A stretch of DNA of 64,000 nucleotides from Candidatus Kaiserbacteria bacterium (GTDB lineage Bacteria > Patescibacteriota > Minisyncoccia > Phycocordibacterales > Phycocordibacteraceae). Of the stretch, positions 35,512 through 44,820 are shown piece by piece (the first letter of the stretch is position 1; each line of letters opens with the position of its first letter). The stretch lies in NCBI GenBank assembly GCA_963699165.1, contig OY969413.1:916562-980561 (forward strand), read 5' to 3'. Below the pieces are notes generated by a model. The model worked only from the letters and a program-made list of their open reading frames with translations. It was not told where the DNA came from and made no database searches. A program made the translations under genes and the position numbers.

Positions 35512-36215
35512 GTGACGTCCGATTCATCGATACGTCGGTAGGGCTTCTCGTTTACCGTTTCTTCGTAGATATGGGCGATGATACCGGGCGTTCGGCCAAG
35601 AAGGAAAAACGCATTTCCGAGACGCCAGTCGAATCCAAGGTCGGAAATAATCGCCGCCATAGCGCCGTCGATATTTACGGGGAGGTGTTTGCCGCTCTGA
35701 GCGGCGAGCTCAGACTCAAGCGCTCGAACGCGTTCAACTCCGTTTTTTGAGATGCCGAGTTTTACTGCCTCGGCAAGAAGCATTTCTGCACGCGGGTCCT
35801 TGTCTTTGTAAATCTTATGTCCGAAGCCGGGCAGGCGTTCTCCGCGCGCACGCAGAGACGACACAATGTTCGCCGGAGTTTCAGATGACTGCAGATGCTT
35901 CGCTGCGCGTTCAATTGCTCCGCCATGCCATTCGCCGGTCGCGAGAATTCCTGCGGCAAGCGCGGCGTTCAGTTGGTTTCCGACCGATGCCGATACACGT
36001 GCAGAAAAAGCGGAGGGCGCCTCGACACCGTGTTCAGCACACGATACGAGCAACATATCGAGCATTGCGGTCTCTGCCTTTGAAGGCATGCGGCCTCCCA
36101 AAAGCAGAAATATCACTTCAGAGAACGTATGTTTCTCCACCAGCGTCCGTAATGCTTCACCTCGAATATGCAGTTCGCCGTCTTTATGGGTGCTGATTGC
36201 CGTCCGCCATTTCAT
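35496..36215 (-). CDS. Short citrate-synthase-like protein, citryl-CoA lyase / ATP-citrate-lyase C-terminal-domain-like.
   Basis: It carries the citrate-synthase family catalytic motif …LPGFGHKIYKDKDPRAE… (compare GFGHRVYKxxDPRA). At 239 aa it is far shorter than a true citrate synthase, matching the CCL/ACL C-terminal domain size. Confidence 0.6.
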   Translation of the reverse strand: MKWRTAISTHKDGELHIRGEALRTLVEKHTFSEVIFLLLGGRMPSKAETAMLDMLLVSCAEHGVEAPSAFSARVSASVGNQLNAALAAGILATGEWHGGAIERAAKHLQSSETPANIVSSLRARGERLPGFGHKIYKDKDPRAEMLLAEAVKLGISKNGVERVRALESELAAQSGKHLPVNIDGAMAAIISDLGFDWRLGNAFFLLGRTPGIIAHIYEETVNEKPYRRIDESDVTYTGL

Positions 36216-37114
36216 GTCTTTTTCAGTGCTCTGGTAAGAATAGCAGGAATTTCTTCAACATGGTTTGCTATGAGGACCCCCGCGCTTTTGAGTGCCGATA
36301 TTTTCGACGCATAACTTCCTTGGCCTTGGGACACGATTGCGCCGGCGTGTCCGAGCACTGTGTCTTTCGGCAGGCGGGAACCAAAATTGCCAGCAATAAG
36401 GGCAACGACCGGTTTTTTAAATCGGGAGGTGCGAATGAAGTCGGCGACGCGCTCTTCCGCAGTACCGCCGATTTCGCCAAACATCACAACCGCTTTCGTC
36501 TTTTCATCTTTTGCAAATAGCGCAAAAATGTCGGAGAAGTCAGAACCGGCGAGTACGTCTGCCCCTGCTCCGATAGCAGTACTTTGTCCAAATCCCGCAT
36601 TAGTGAGAGCAAGGGCGATTTCGGATGTCATGCCGCCGCTTTTTGAGATGAGCCCAATGGGTCCCGGAGTGTATGCGCGCACCATTGCCCCGATGCCGAT
36701 TGCACCCACTTTTGATTCTCCGGGCGAAATGATTCCTATCGAAGAAGGTCCGACGATGCGGGTACCGTTCTTTCGCGCCCGTGCAATTATCCACGCAGTA
36801 TCCAAGGTAGGAACATGCTCGGTCAATATGACGACGAGCGGGATTTTCGCGCCAATTGCTTCCTCTGCGGCATCCCTTACGAAGCGGGCTGGAACGACAA
36901 TGAGCGAACAATTAATTTCTCGGTGGTTTTTTTTCGCTTCTGCCACCGAGTTGTATACCGGCACCCCTTCAACCTCGATGCCGCCTTTGCCGGGAGTAAC
37001 GCCGGCAACTATGCGTGTGCCGTAGGAAAGCATGTCGACACAGACGCGCGAACCCTCGTTGCCGGTAATGCCCTGAATGAGAAGCCGTGTCTTTGCGTTG
37101 ATGAGAATGCTCAT
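36212..37114 (-). CDS. Succinyl-CoA-synthetase alpha-subunit-like CoA-binding protein with the phosphohistidine loop.
   Basis: CoA-binding Rossmann LIQGITGNEGSR and the phosphohistidine motif …VLGHAGAIVS… (compare MGHAGAII in SucD). It has 4-bp overlaps with both neighbours. Confidence 0.75.
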   Translation of the reverse strand: MSILINAKTRLLIQGITGNEGSRVCVDMLSYGTRIVAGVTPGKGGIEVEGVPVYNSVAEAKKNHREINCSLIVVPARFVRDAAEEAIGAKIPLVVILTEHVPTLDTAWIIARARKNGTRIVGPSSIGIISPGESKVGAIGIGAMVRAYTPGPIGLISKSGGMTSEIALALTNAGFGQSTAIGAGADVLAGSDFSDIFALFAKDEKTKAVVMFGEIGGTAEERVADFIRTSRFKKPVVALIAGNFGSRLPKDTVLGHAGAIVSQGQGSYASKISALKSAGVLIANHVEEIPAILTRALKKT

Positions 37115-38208
37115 ACTTTTTTCTTCGGCCGCTTTGCATATGCGCGGGCGACCATTATTTTTGCGCTCTCAACCATGGGCATTTCAGCGCCGAACAAGTG
37201 AAAGTCAAACCCTTCCTTTTCTCCGGCGGCTCGCAATAGTTCGAATGCTTCTTCTTTCCGCGGACCATCGCGTCGGATAACGATCGGGTAATTCGGTTTC
37301 GGCGAAACTTCGCGCAAACCCTCGAGGAATCCGGATAGGGTGGTGAAGATGTCCGTAAAATTCGCGGCTGCCCCTATGACCCAGCATCCGCGAAGTCCGT
37401 CCCGCGAGAGAACGCGTTTTGTCAGCTCGCGTACGACTTCGGCAGGAGGGTTTCCGGAATATTCCGTATAATTCGCCGGTTTGCCTCCCGCGCGCATAAG
37501 CGCGTCCATATTCAGCATTGAGGCGCCTCCTCCCGAGGCAAGAATTGCTATGTCTCCTTCCATTTCAATGTTGCGCCGTTCAGTCGGCCGGTGTTTTTCG
37601 TTATCCTGAATTACTTTTGCATCGCCGGCGATGTATTTGCCCGCACGCGTTTTGAAAAGAGGATTTATTTCGGCAAGAAGCGCATATTCGGTATTGAAAA
37701 GATTCCAGAGTTTCAGAACCACGCCAGCCACGTTTGCCGCATCGCTCTTCGGAAACCGCGCTTTGCCGAGCATAGCGCCCACTTTCGCGCGGGATAATTT
37801 CTTCGTCAGGTCGATAGGGAAGATACGCGCTTTGCTGACGCCGCTGCCTCCCCGCGGAGTAATCGCAAGCACCGGACCGCGCGTTCGGTCATCGTATGAA
37901 AAACTCACGTAGTATTCGCGAACCGCATCGATACGCTCCTCAACGAGTACTTCGGCGACCTCTTCACCCCCAATCTTTTTCCCCAGAAGTTTTGCCGCTT
38001 TGCGCACCGCATCCTTTCCGTTTTCGGCCATGCGAATTCCGCCGGCTTTTTTTCGGTCGCCACTTAGGACTTGGGCCTTGACCACACACGCTCCCAAATC
38101 CTCGGGAATTTCGTGAACATTCGCCACCACTGTGCCAACTGGGATTTCGATTCCGTATGTGCGAAAAAGTTCTTTTCCTTCAAACTCGCGAAGCTTCATG
38201 GCGGACAT
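37111..38208 (-). CDS. Succinyl-CoA-synthetase beta-subunit-like ATP-grasp protein.
   Basis: ATP-grasp N-terminus (MKLREFEGKELFRTYGIEIP…VVKAQVLSGDRKKAGG…) and a C-terminal ligase-CoA domain. It is the first gene of the three-gene –-strand operon. Confidence 0.7.
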   Translation of the reverse strand: MSAMKLREFEGKELFRTYGIEIPVGTVVANVHEIPEDLGACVVKAQVLSGDRKKAGGIRMAENGKDAVRKAAKLLGKKIGGEEVAEVLVEERIDAVREYYVSFSYDDRTRGPVLAITPRGGSGVSKARIFPIDLTKKLSRAKVGAMLGKARFPKSDAANVAGVVLKLWNLFNTEYALLAEINPLFKTRAGKYIAGDAKVIQDNEKHRPTERRNIEMEGDIAILASGGGASMLNMDALMRAGGKPANYTEYSGNPPAEVVRELTKRVLSRDGLRGCWVIGAAANFTDIFTTLSGFLEGLREVSPKPNYPIVIRRDGPRKEEAFELLRAAGEKEGFDFHLFGAEMPMVESAKIMVARAYAKRPKKKV

Positions 38209-38288
38209 AATATCCGTTTCAGAGCATCGTCACAAGCAACGATGCGTAACTCTGGTGTTTTGATTGCAGTTAGAGGTATTATATCCCT

Positions 38289-38834
38289 ATGACGAAAAAG
38301 CACTTCTTGGATGGAGAAACGATTTACCTACGGCCTCTTTCTTTGGACGATCTCGCGGCCGATTATCCGGCATGGTTGAACGATCCCGAGGTCTCGGCCC
38401 ACAACTCGCACCACACTTTTCCGTACACGCTCGGGCAGGCAAAGGGGTACGTCGAGAGCATTCAAAATGATCCCCAAAATCTCGTTCTTGCCATTGTTGC
38501 AAAAGATACGGACAAACACATCGGCAACATTGCGTTGCAGCGCATCCATTTGGTCGACCGCAACGCCGAATACGCAATTATGCTTGGCGACAAAAATTAT
38601 TGGGGCAAAGGCGTTGGAAGAGAGGCCTCGAAGCTTTTGCTTGCGCACGGATTCAGTGTGCTTAACCTGCACCGCATATACTGCGGCACTTCGAGCAATA
38701 ACGTCGCTATGCAAAAACTTGCCATCGCGCTCGGCATGCGCGAGGAGGGGCGCAGACGCGAGGCGCAGTTTAAGAATGGCGAGTATGTCGATATCATCGA
38801 ATACGGCATTCTTGAAAATGAGTTCGCGGCCTAA
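38289..38834 (+). CDS. GNAT-family N-acetyltransferase (RimJ/RimL-like).
   Basis: Acetyl-CoA binding motif …YWGKGVGREASKLLLAHGF… (Q/RxxGxG/A). Confidence 0.75.
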   Translation: MTKKHFLDGETIYLRPLSLDDLAADYPAWLNDPEVSAHNSHHTFPYTLGQAKGYVESIQNDPQNLVLAIVAKDTDKHIGNIALQRIHLVDRNAEYAIMLGDKNYWGKGVGREASKLLLAHGFSVLNLHRIYCGTSSNNVAMQKLAIALGMREEGRRREAQFKNGEYVDIIEYGILENEFAA

Positions 38835-38840
38835 CTTTCT

Positions 38841-40061
38841 ATGAACCGGAAACTCGCTGAACCGCTTTTTCCTCACTTGCAATACTGTTCGCGCTGCTGC
38901 ATTCCGGAGACACAGGAAGGAATCGCGTTCGACGAACTCGGCATCTGCCGTGCGTGCCAATCATCCGAACAGAAAATACACATCAATTGGGTGGAGCGAG
39001 AAAAAAAATTTCGAGAGATCTTGTCGAATGCAAAGGCAAAGGCCGGCAGCAATTACGACTGTGTTATTCCTATCAGCGGCGGCAAGGACAGCACGTTTCA
39101 GCTCCATATGCTCACGAAGGTATACGGGATGAAGCCGCTTGCGGTAACCTTCAGTCATAATTGGTGGAGCGAATCCGGTTGGTACAACCTTCAGAACGCG
39201 CTTGAGACCTTTAATGTCGACCATATCGCATTCACACCGAATCGCGCTCTTATCAATAAGCTCGCGCGCAAGTCCTTGGGCGGCATCGGCGATGTCAGTT
39301 GGCATGACCACGGGGGGGTAGGGTCGTTCCCGCTGCAGGCCGCAGTGAAATGGAAGATTCCGTTGCTCATCTGGGGCGAATCAATTGCCGAATCCTCCGG
39401 TCGTGCGTCATACGACATGCCGGTGCATAAGTTTGACCGAGAGTACTTTATCAAGCAGTCTGCGAAGCTCTCCGCCGACCAAATGGTCGGCGGAGATATC
39501 ACCGCGCAAGACATGCGGGCGTTTCAAATACCGAGTCAGGAGGAAATCGATGCCGCGGGCGTTTGGGGAATACATCTCGGAGATTACATTTTCTGGGATG
39601 ACGAACGGCAGACGGAATTTCTCGAAGAGGTTTACGGCTGGAGGCAAACGGAAATGGAAAATACTTACAAGCGCTATAAAAGCGTTGAAGACGTTATGTC
39701 GGGCATGCATGACTTTACCTGCTATCTCAAGCGCGGGTATGGGCGCGCAACGTATCAGGCATCTATCGATGTTCGCAACGGCCTCCTTACCCGCGAAGAG
39801 GGTTTTGAACTTATCCGTAAACACGATCCAGAAGTACCCGAGGCTCTTGCATACTACTTGCGCGCCACGGGCATGAGCGAAAAAGAATTTTATGCCACCA
39901 TGGAACGGATGCGCGTGGAGAAGATGCGCGGCGTCGATATTCCAATCGTAAAAAAGACGCATAAAAACGCCGAGCGCATACTTCCGTTTCCGGAACAGTT
40001 GATAGAGAAATTTAATCCCGCGGGTAAGACAACGAAAGCCGGCCGAATTTTACTGCCATGA
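38841..40061 (+). CDS. N-acetyl sugar amidotransferase (PP-loop ATP pyrophosphatase; WbuX/PseA/LPS-biosynthesis family).
   Basis: An N-terminal Cys-rich segment (CSRCCIPETQ…CRAC) and the PP-loop IPISGGKDST are typical of the N-acetyl-sugar amidotransferase family that forms acetamidino sugars. Confidence 0.7.
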   Translation: MNRKLAEPLFPHLQYCSRCCIPETQEGIAFDELGICRACQSSEQKIHINWVEREKKFREILSNAKAKAGSNYDCVIPISGGKDSTFQLHMLTKVYGMKPLAVTFSHNWWSESGWYNLQNALETFNVDHIAFTPNRALINKLARKSLGGIGDVSWHDHGGVGSFPLQAAVKWKIPLLIWGESIAESSGRASYDMPVHKFDREYFIKQSAKLSADQMVGGDITAQDMRAFQIPSQEEIDAAGVWGIHLGDYIFWDDERQTEFLEEVYGWRQTEMENTYKRYKSVEDVMSGMHDFTCYLKRGYGRATYQASIDVRNGLLTREEGFELIRKHDPEVPEALAYYLRATGMSEKEFYATMERMRVEKMRGVDIPIVKKTHKNAERILPFPEQLIEKFNPAGKTTKAGRILLP

Positions 40062-41425
40062 ACCGTCTATTTGTCGAAAACTCCATAGGCGAGATTATAA
40101 AAAAATACGCGAGCAAGGAACTTGCTCCGAAGGACGTTGCGGAAGCAGTCCTCGAAAACATTGAGGCGTATGATTCTCAATACTTTGCGTGGGTGGCGAC
40201 TGCGGACGCGAAGTGGCCGGGGCGCGTTCAGAACGAAGCCGATACGTACGGCATTAACCCGGACAAAAAATTGGAATTTATACCGGTCGGAGTGAAAGAT
40301 ATCTACAATACGCGCGATTTTCCGACTCAGATGGGTAGCCCGTTGTGGAAAGATTTTACACCCGGCAATGATGCCCGTGCGGTGTATCACCTGAAGCGAG
40401 CTGGCGCCGTGGTGCCTGGGAAAACCGTTACCGCCGAATTCGCGGTGCATGCCCTGGACAAGACGCTTAACCCGTACGATGTAACGAAAACGCCGGGAAC
40501 TTCTTCAAGCGGTTCCGCTGTCGCAGTAACGCTTGGAATGGTGCCGCTCGCCACGGGCACCCAAACAGCCGGGTCAATCGTTCGTCCAGCAAGTTTCTGC
40601 GGCATTTACGGCATGAAACCATCCTTTGGACTCATTCCGCGCACCGGCACCTTAAAGACGACCGACAGTTTAGACACCCTCGGGTTTTTCGCTTTGCATG
40701 CCGCGGACTTGCGGCGCGGGCTCGACTCTCTAAGGGTCGCGGGGGAGAATTATCCCATCAGTCATGCCGCGCTGAGCGATGTTGTTCGGCAGCAAAAACC
40801 CGCAGGGCGGCTATGGCGAGTTGCGCTCGTGAAGACACATACGTGGGAACATGCACCGCAGTATGCCAAGAACTCATTGCTCAACTTTGTAGGAAAACTT
40901 ACGAAGGCGGGTGTGGAGGTGGTTGACGCCGAGCTTCCGGGGGGAATGGGGCGCGCACATGAAATACACAAAATTATTTATGATAAATCGCTTTCGTACT
41001 ATTTTGAAAAGGAGCACACGCGACCGGAATTCGTTTCACCGGTTATGAATGAGCTCATCGCAAATGGCACGGCTATCGGCAAAGAGGTCTTTGCGAAAGC
41101 GCTTGCGGATCAAACGGCACTAATCTATGCCATGGATGATTTTTTTGCGGATTTTGACATCGTGCTCTCTCTTTCGACGGCCGGTGAAGCACCTCCAAGG
41201 GCAGTTACCGAACTTCCCGACCCGGCGCTCATGTGGACTCTCACCCATCTTCCGGTCGTCAGCCTGCCGATCTTCGCTTCGCCGAGCGGCCTTCCTTTCG
41301 GGGCGCAGATTGCCGCCCGCAAATACAACGACTATCTGTTGCTTTCATTTATCGACTATCTCCGCTCGGAATTGCTTGCTCCTGCCTCCGCGGGGTATTG
41401 CGTGAAATCTCCCGCCGCGCGGTAA
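40058..41425 (+). CDS. Amidase-signature (AS) family amidase, GatA-like fold.
   Basis: Canonical AS motif …KTPGTSSSGSAVAVTLGMVPLATGTQTAGSIVRPASFCGIYGMKPSFG… with the catalytic Ser-cisSer-Lys context. ATGA overlap with the amidotransferase. Confidence 0.8.
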   Translation: MNRLFVENSIGEIIKKYASKELAPKDVAEAVLENIEAYDSQYFAWVATADAKWPGRVQNEADTYGINPDKKLEFIPVGVKDIYNTRDFPTQMGSPLWKDFTPGNDARAVYHLKRAGAVVPGKTVTAEFAVHALDKTLNPYDVTKTPGTSSSGSAVAVTLGMVPLATGTQTAGSIVRPASFCGIYGMKPSFGLIPRTGTLKTTDSLDTLGFFALHAADLRRGLDSLRVAGENYPISHAALSDVVRQQKPAGRLWRVALVKTHTWEHAPQYAKNSLLNFVGKLTKAGVEVVDAELPGGMGRAHEIHKIIYDKSLSYYFEKEHTRPEFVSPVMNELIANGTAIGKEVFAKALADQTALIYAMDDFFADFDIVLSLSTAGEAPPRAVTELPDPALMWTLTHLPVVSLPIFASPSGLPFGAQIAARKYNDYLLLSFIDYLRSELLAPASAGYCVKSPAAR

Positions 41426-41476
41426 CCAATTACGGGCAATTTGAGTTATATCTTGTACGTGATAGATTAAAAATTC

Positions 41477-42490
41477 ATGGCCACATCTCGACCTCGGGCG
41501 CATAAGAAAAGCCCTGATTTTTTGAAAGGGAAAACGGTGCTTGTGACCGGCGGAACGGGCACGTTTGGGCGTGCCTTTGTCGCCCGATTGCTCGCAGTGC
41601 CCGGCATCAAGAAGATTATTATTTTCAGCCGCGATGAACTCAAGCAGAGCCAAGTGCAGAGTTTGTATCCGAAAGAAAAGCGCCTGCGGTATTTCATCGG
41701 GGACATTCGCGACGTCGAGCGGCTAAAGCGAGCGTTCGACGGCGTTGACGTTGTTGTCCACGCGGCGGCGCTGAAACAAGTTCCCGCCACCGAATACAAT
41801 CCGTTTGAAGCGGTTAAGACGAACATCATCGGGAGCCAAAACGTCGTTGATGCGGCGCTGTCCGCCGGTGTGCCGAAAGTGTTGCTCGTGTCGTCGGACA
41901 AAGCGGTCGAGCCGATTAATCTCTACGGCGCGACAAAACTTGCCGCCGAAAAACTATTTGTAGCCGCAAATGTGTATGCAAGCGATAAAAACCCATCGGC
42001 GTTTTCCGTCGTGCGCTATGGCAACGTCATCGGCAGCCGTGGCAGCTTGGTCGAGCTTATCGAAAAACTGCGCGCGACCGGACGCATTCCGCTCACCGAC
42101 AAGCGGATGACGCGTTTTTGGATACGAATCGAACGAGTCACGGACATCGTGCTCGAATGTTTATCTACCATGCGCGGCGGAGAAATTTTTGTTCCCAAGA
42201 TGAAAAATATGTCCGTGGCGGATGTTATCAAGCTTCTTGCGCCGGAATGCAAACTGGACGATGTCGGCATTCGTCCGGGAGAGAAATTGCACGAGACGCT
42301 CATCACCGAGTACGAGGAGCGCCGCGCGAAAGAATTGAAGAATTTTTATGTTATCAGTCCGGAGTTTGGTTCGACCGATAGGAGCTGGCTTGAGGACAAA
42401 ACTGATGTTCCCGAAGGGTTCCGTTACCGAAGCCACAATAAAGAATTTCTCCTGACCGCCGACGAGGCGAGAGCGATTTTTGCTAAGTAG
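41477..42490 (+). CDS. UDP-N-acetylglucosamine 4,6-dehydratase (PseB/CapD/WbjB-like short form).
   Basis: KTVLVTGGTGTFGRAF Rossmann motif and YGATKLAAEKLF (YxxxK). The ~330-aa length and overall similarity fit PseB/Cap5E-type inverting dehydratases. Confidence 0.7.
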   Translation: MATSRPRAHKKSPDFLKGKTVLVTGGTGTFGRAFVARLLAVPGIKKIIIFSRDELKQSQVQSLYPKEKRLRYFIGDIRDVERLKRAFDGVDVVVHAAALKQVPATEYNPFEAVKTNIIGSQNVVDAALSAGVPKVLLVSSDKAVEPINLYGATKLAAEKLFVAANVYASDKNPSAFSVVRYGNVIGSRGSLVELIEKLRATGRIPLTDKRMTRFWIRIERVTDIVLECLSTMRGGEIFVPKMKNMSVADVIKLLAPECKLDDVGIRPGEKLHETLITEYEERRAKELKNFYVISPEFGSTDRSWLEDKTDVPEGFRYRSHNKEFLLTADEARAIFAK

Positions 42491-42496
42491 GTTGTC

Positions 42497-43531
42497 ATGG
42501 CGCGATTGCCGGTTGCAACGAAACAAAAGAAACCGACCTATCGCGTCGCCGTCGTCGGCTGCGGGAAGATAGGGGCGCTTTTTGAAGCAGAACCGAAGCG
42601 CGAGAAGCCGGCGAGCCACGCGGGAGCCGCCGTTTTGAATTCCAGAACCAAGCTCGCGGCTTTTGTCGATACGAGAAAAGAGAATCTTGCCGCCGCCGCG
42701 AAATTATTTCCGCAGGCGGTACCGTACGCCAAACTTTCTTTCTGCCTCAAGAAAGAACGTCCCGATATCGTCGTCATTGCGACTCCTCCCGCGGCGCGCC
42801 TTGCTCTTATACGGGAATGCGTGCGCGAAGGTGTGCGAATAGTCGTGTGCGAAAAACCGCTCGCGTCGAACAAAAAAGAAGCGGCGCAAATCGAGGCGCT
42901 CGTGAAGAAGAGCCGAACAACATTCGTCCTCAACTACCAGCGCCGCTTTTCCCCGCTCTTTGCGCGCGTACGGCAAGAAATCAAAAAAGGGAAGTTGGGG
43001 CGGATTCAGCAAATCACCTGTTACTACAGTAATGGGCTCTACAGCAACGCCGGCCATATCGTTGACGCTCTATCGTATGTACTCGATGACGAAATCGTTT
43101 CCGCATCGGGCTTCACGAATGCCGTGAACAAGACGCATCCGGCAGGAGACATAAATGTCGATGCAATTCTAAAAACAAAAAAAGGGACAACGATTGCTCT
43201 ACAGAGCTTTGACCAAAAAGAATACGGCATTCACGATATTCGAATCTACGGGACGAAAGAGAGCGCGACACTGACCGATTACGGAATGACGCTCGTCGAG
43301 ACGCCGGCCGCGGTCTCGCAGTTTAAGGGAGTTTTGCAGTTGGACGGAAAGCGCCGGCGCGAAACCCATAGCCCGCTGAGCGCCACGAAACAGGTTTTGA
43401 CGCATGCAATCGAGTCGTATGAAAAGAAGCTCCCGCAGGCAAGTTCTGCTACGAGCGGTCTTGCGGTCTTGCGCGTACTCGATGCCATCGCAAGGAGCGC
43501 CAAATTACAAGGCAAGACCATACGCATATGA
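42497..43531 (+). CDS. Gfo/Idh/MocA-family NAD(P)-dependent oxidoreductase.
   Basis: N-terminal Rossmann RVAVVGCGKIG and the …IVVCEKPLA… motif (EKP) are characteristic of the family. Confidence 0.7.
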   Translation: MARLPVATKQKKPTYRVAVVGCGKIGALFEAEPKREKPASHAGAAVLNSRTKLAAFVDTRKENLAAAAKLFPQAVPYAKLSFCLKKERPDIVVIATPPAARLALIRECVREGVRIVVCEKPLASNKKEAAQIEALVKKSRTTFVLNYQRRFSPLFARVRQEIKKGKLGRIQQITCYYSNGLYSNAGHIVDALSYVLDDEIVSASGFTNAVNKTHPAGDINVDAILKTKKGTTIALQSFDQKEYGIHDIRIYGTKESATLTDYGMTLVETPAAVSQFKGVLQLDGKRRRETHSPLSATKQVLTHAIESYEKKLPQASSATSGLAVLRVLDAIARSAKLQGKTIRI

Positions 43532-44820
43532 AAACAAAAACAAAAAAATCGGCACTCGCGCTTTTTGGCGGCACGCCCGTGTTAAAAAAAAGATTGCCCG
43601 AAGTGCACAATACCGGCAGTCAGGAAATACAAGCGGCCGTGCGCGTCATTAAAAAAGGTCCTTTGTCGGGATTTTTGGGAACCTACAGCCCGGGATTCCT
43701 TGGAGGAGAACACGTGCAGAAATTAGAAGCTGCGTTTGCAAAAAAATTCAAGACGAAGCATGCCGTCTCGTTCAACTCTGCGACGACGGCGCTCCATGCC
43801 GCCATCGTCGCGCTTGAAATCGGTCCAGGAGATGAAGTGATTGTCTCGCCGTATACCATGTCGGCGTCCGCCACGGCGATACTTATGAACGGTGCCGTTC
43901 CGATTTTCGCCGATATCGACGAGCGCACATTCAACCTCAATCCCTTATCGGTCGAAAAGCGCATAACGAAGAACACCAAAGCGATTATGGTCGTGAATCT
44001 GCTCGGGCAGGCGGCCGATCTCGGCGCATTGCTTGCGCTCGCCAAGAAACATAATTTGAAAATCATCGAGGACAATGCGCAAAGCCCGGGTGCAACGTGG
44101 CGAGGAAAATATACCGGCACGGTCGGCGATATCGGCGTCTTTAGTTTGAATGTGCACAAGACGATTCAAACGGGGGAGGGAGGAATACTCGTCACGAATA
44201 ATCCAAAGTATGCGCTTCGCGCGCGCCTCTGCCGAAACCACGGTGAGGCCGTTGTCGACGGCATGACGGGGTATGATGCGGGGCCAATCTTTGGCAGCAA
44301 CTATCGTATGCCCGAAGTCGTAGCCGCGATGGGATTGGTGCAATTGTCCCGATTGGAGACGCTCACAAAACAGCGCCAGCAACTGGTGAAGTTCTTGGAA
44401 AAAGAACTTGCGGGGATTGACGGGCTTACGCTTCCGCAAGTCGCGCGCGGCAATACGCATGTGTACTACCGCTATGCCATCAAAGTCGACGAAAAGAAGC
44501 TCGGCATCTCCCGCGACCGGCTTGCGGAAGCAATGACTGCGGAGGGATTCGGCATGTCGAAGGGATATGTGAAGCCGATTTATCTGCTGCCGCTTTTTCA
44601 GGAGCGCAAAGCATTCAATCACACGCATTTTCCGTTTGAGAGCAATTACTACGACGGCGCGCCCGATTATTCGAAAGGCAGTTGTCCGGTCGTGGAGCGT
44701 TTGAACGAAAAGGAATTTACGGTGACCGATGTCTGCCAGCACCCTCGGACTAAACGGCATGTCGCTCTCTTCGTGCAGGCGTTGAAAAAAGTGCTTGCGC
44801 ACAAAGATGCATTGCAATGA
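43528..44820 (+). CDS. DegT/DnrJ/EryC1/StrS-family PLP-dependent sugar aminotransferase (PseC/ArnB-like).
   Basis: …DIGVFSLNVHKTIQTGEGGILVTN… contains the PLP-lysine (HK) and follows the family's overall pattern. Confidence 0.85.
   Translation: MKTKTKKSALALFGGTPVLKKRLPEVHNTGSQEIQAAVRVIKKGPLSGFLGTYSPGFLGGEHVQKLEAAFAKKFKTKHAVSFNSATTALHAAIVALEIGPGDEVIVSPYTMSASATAILMNGAVPIFADIDERTFNLNPLSVEKRITKNTKAIMVVNLLGQAADLGALLALAKKHNLKIIEDNAQSPGATWRGKYTGTVGDIGVFSLNVHKTIQTGEGGILVTNNPKYALRARLCRNHGEAVVDGMTGYDAGPIFGSNYRMPEVVAAMGLVQLSRLETLTKQRQQLVKFLEKELAGIDGLTLPQVARGNTHVYYRYAIKVDEKKLGISRDRLAEAMTAEGFGMSKGYVKPIYLLPLFQERKAFNHTHFPFESNYYDGAPDYSKGSCPVVERLNEKEFTVTDVCQHPRTKRHVALFVQALKKVLAHKDALQ

Noticed and set aside
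38224-38245. 7-bp stem hairpin (gcatcgt…acgatgc) in the divergent promoter region between the sucC-like gene and the GNAT gene.
   Set aside because: It is too short and unaccompanied by a T-run or recognisable operator symmetry to call a regulatory element with any confidence.
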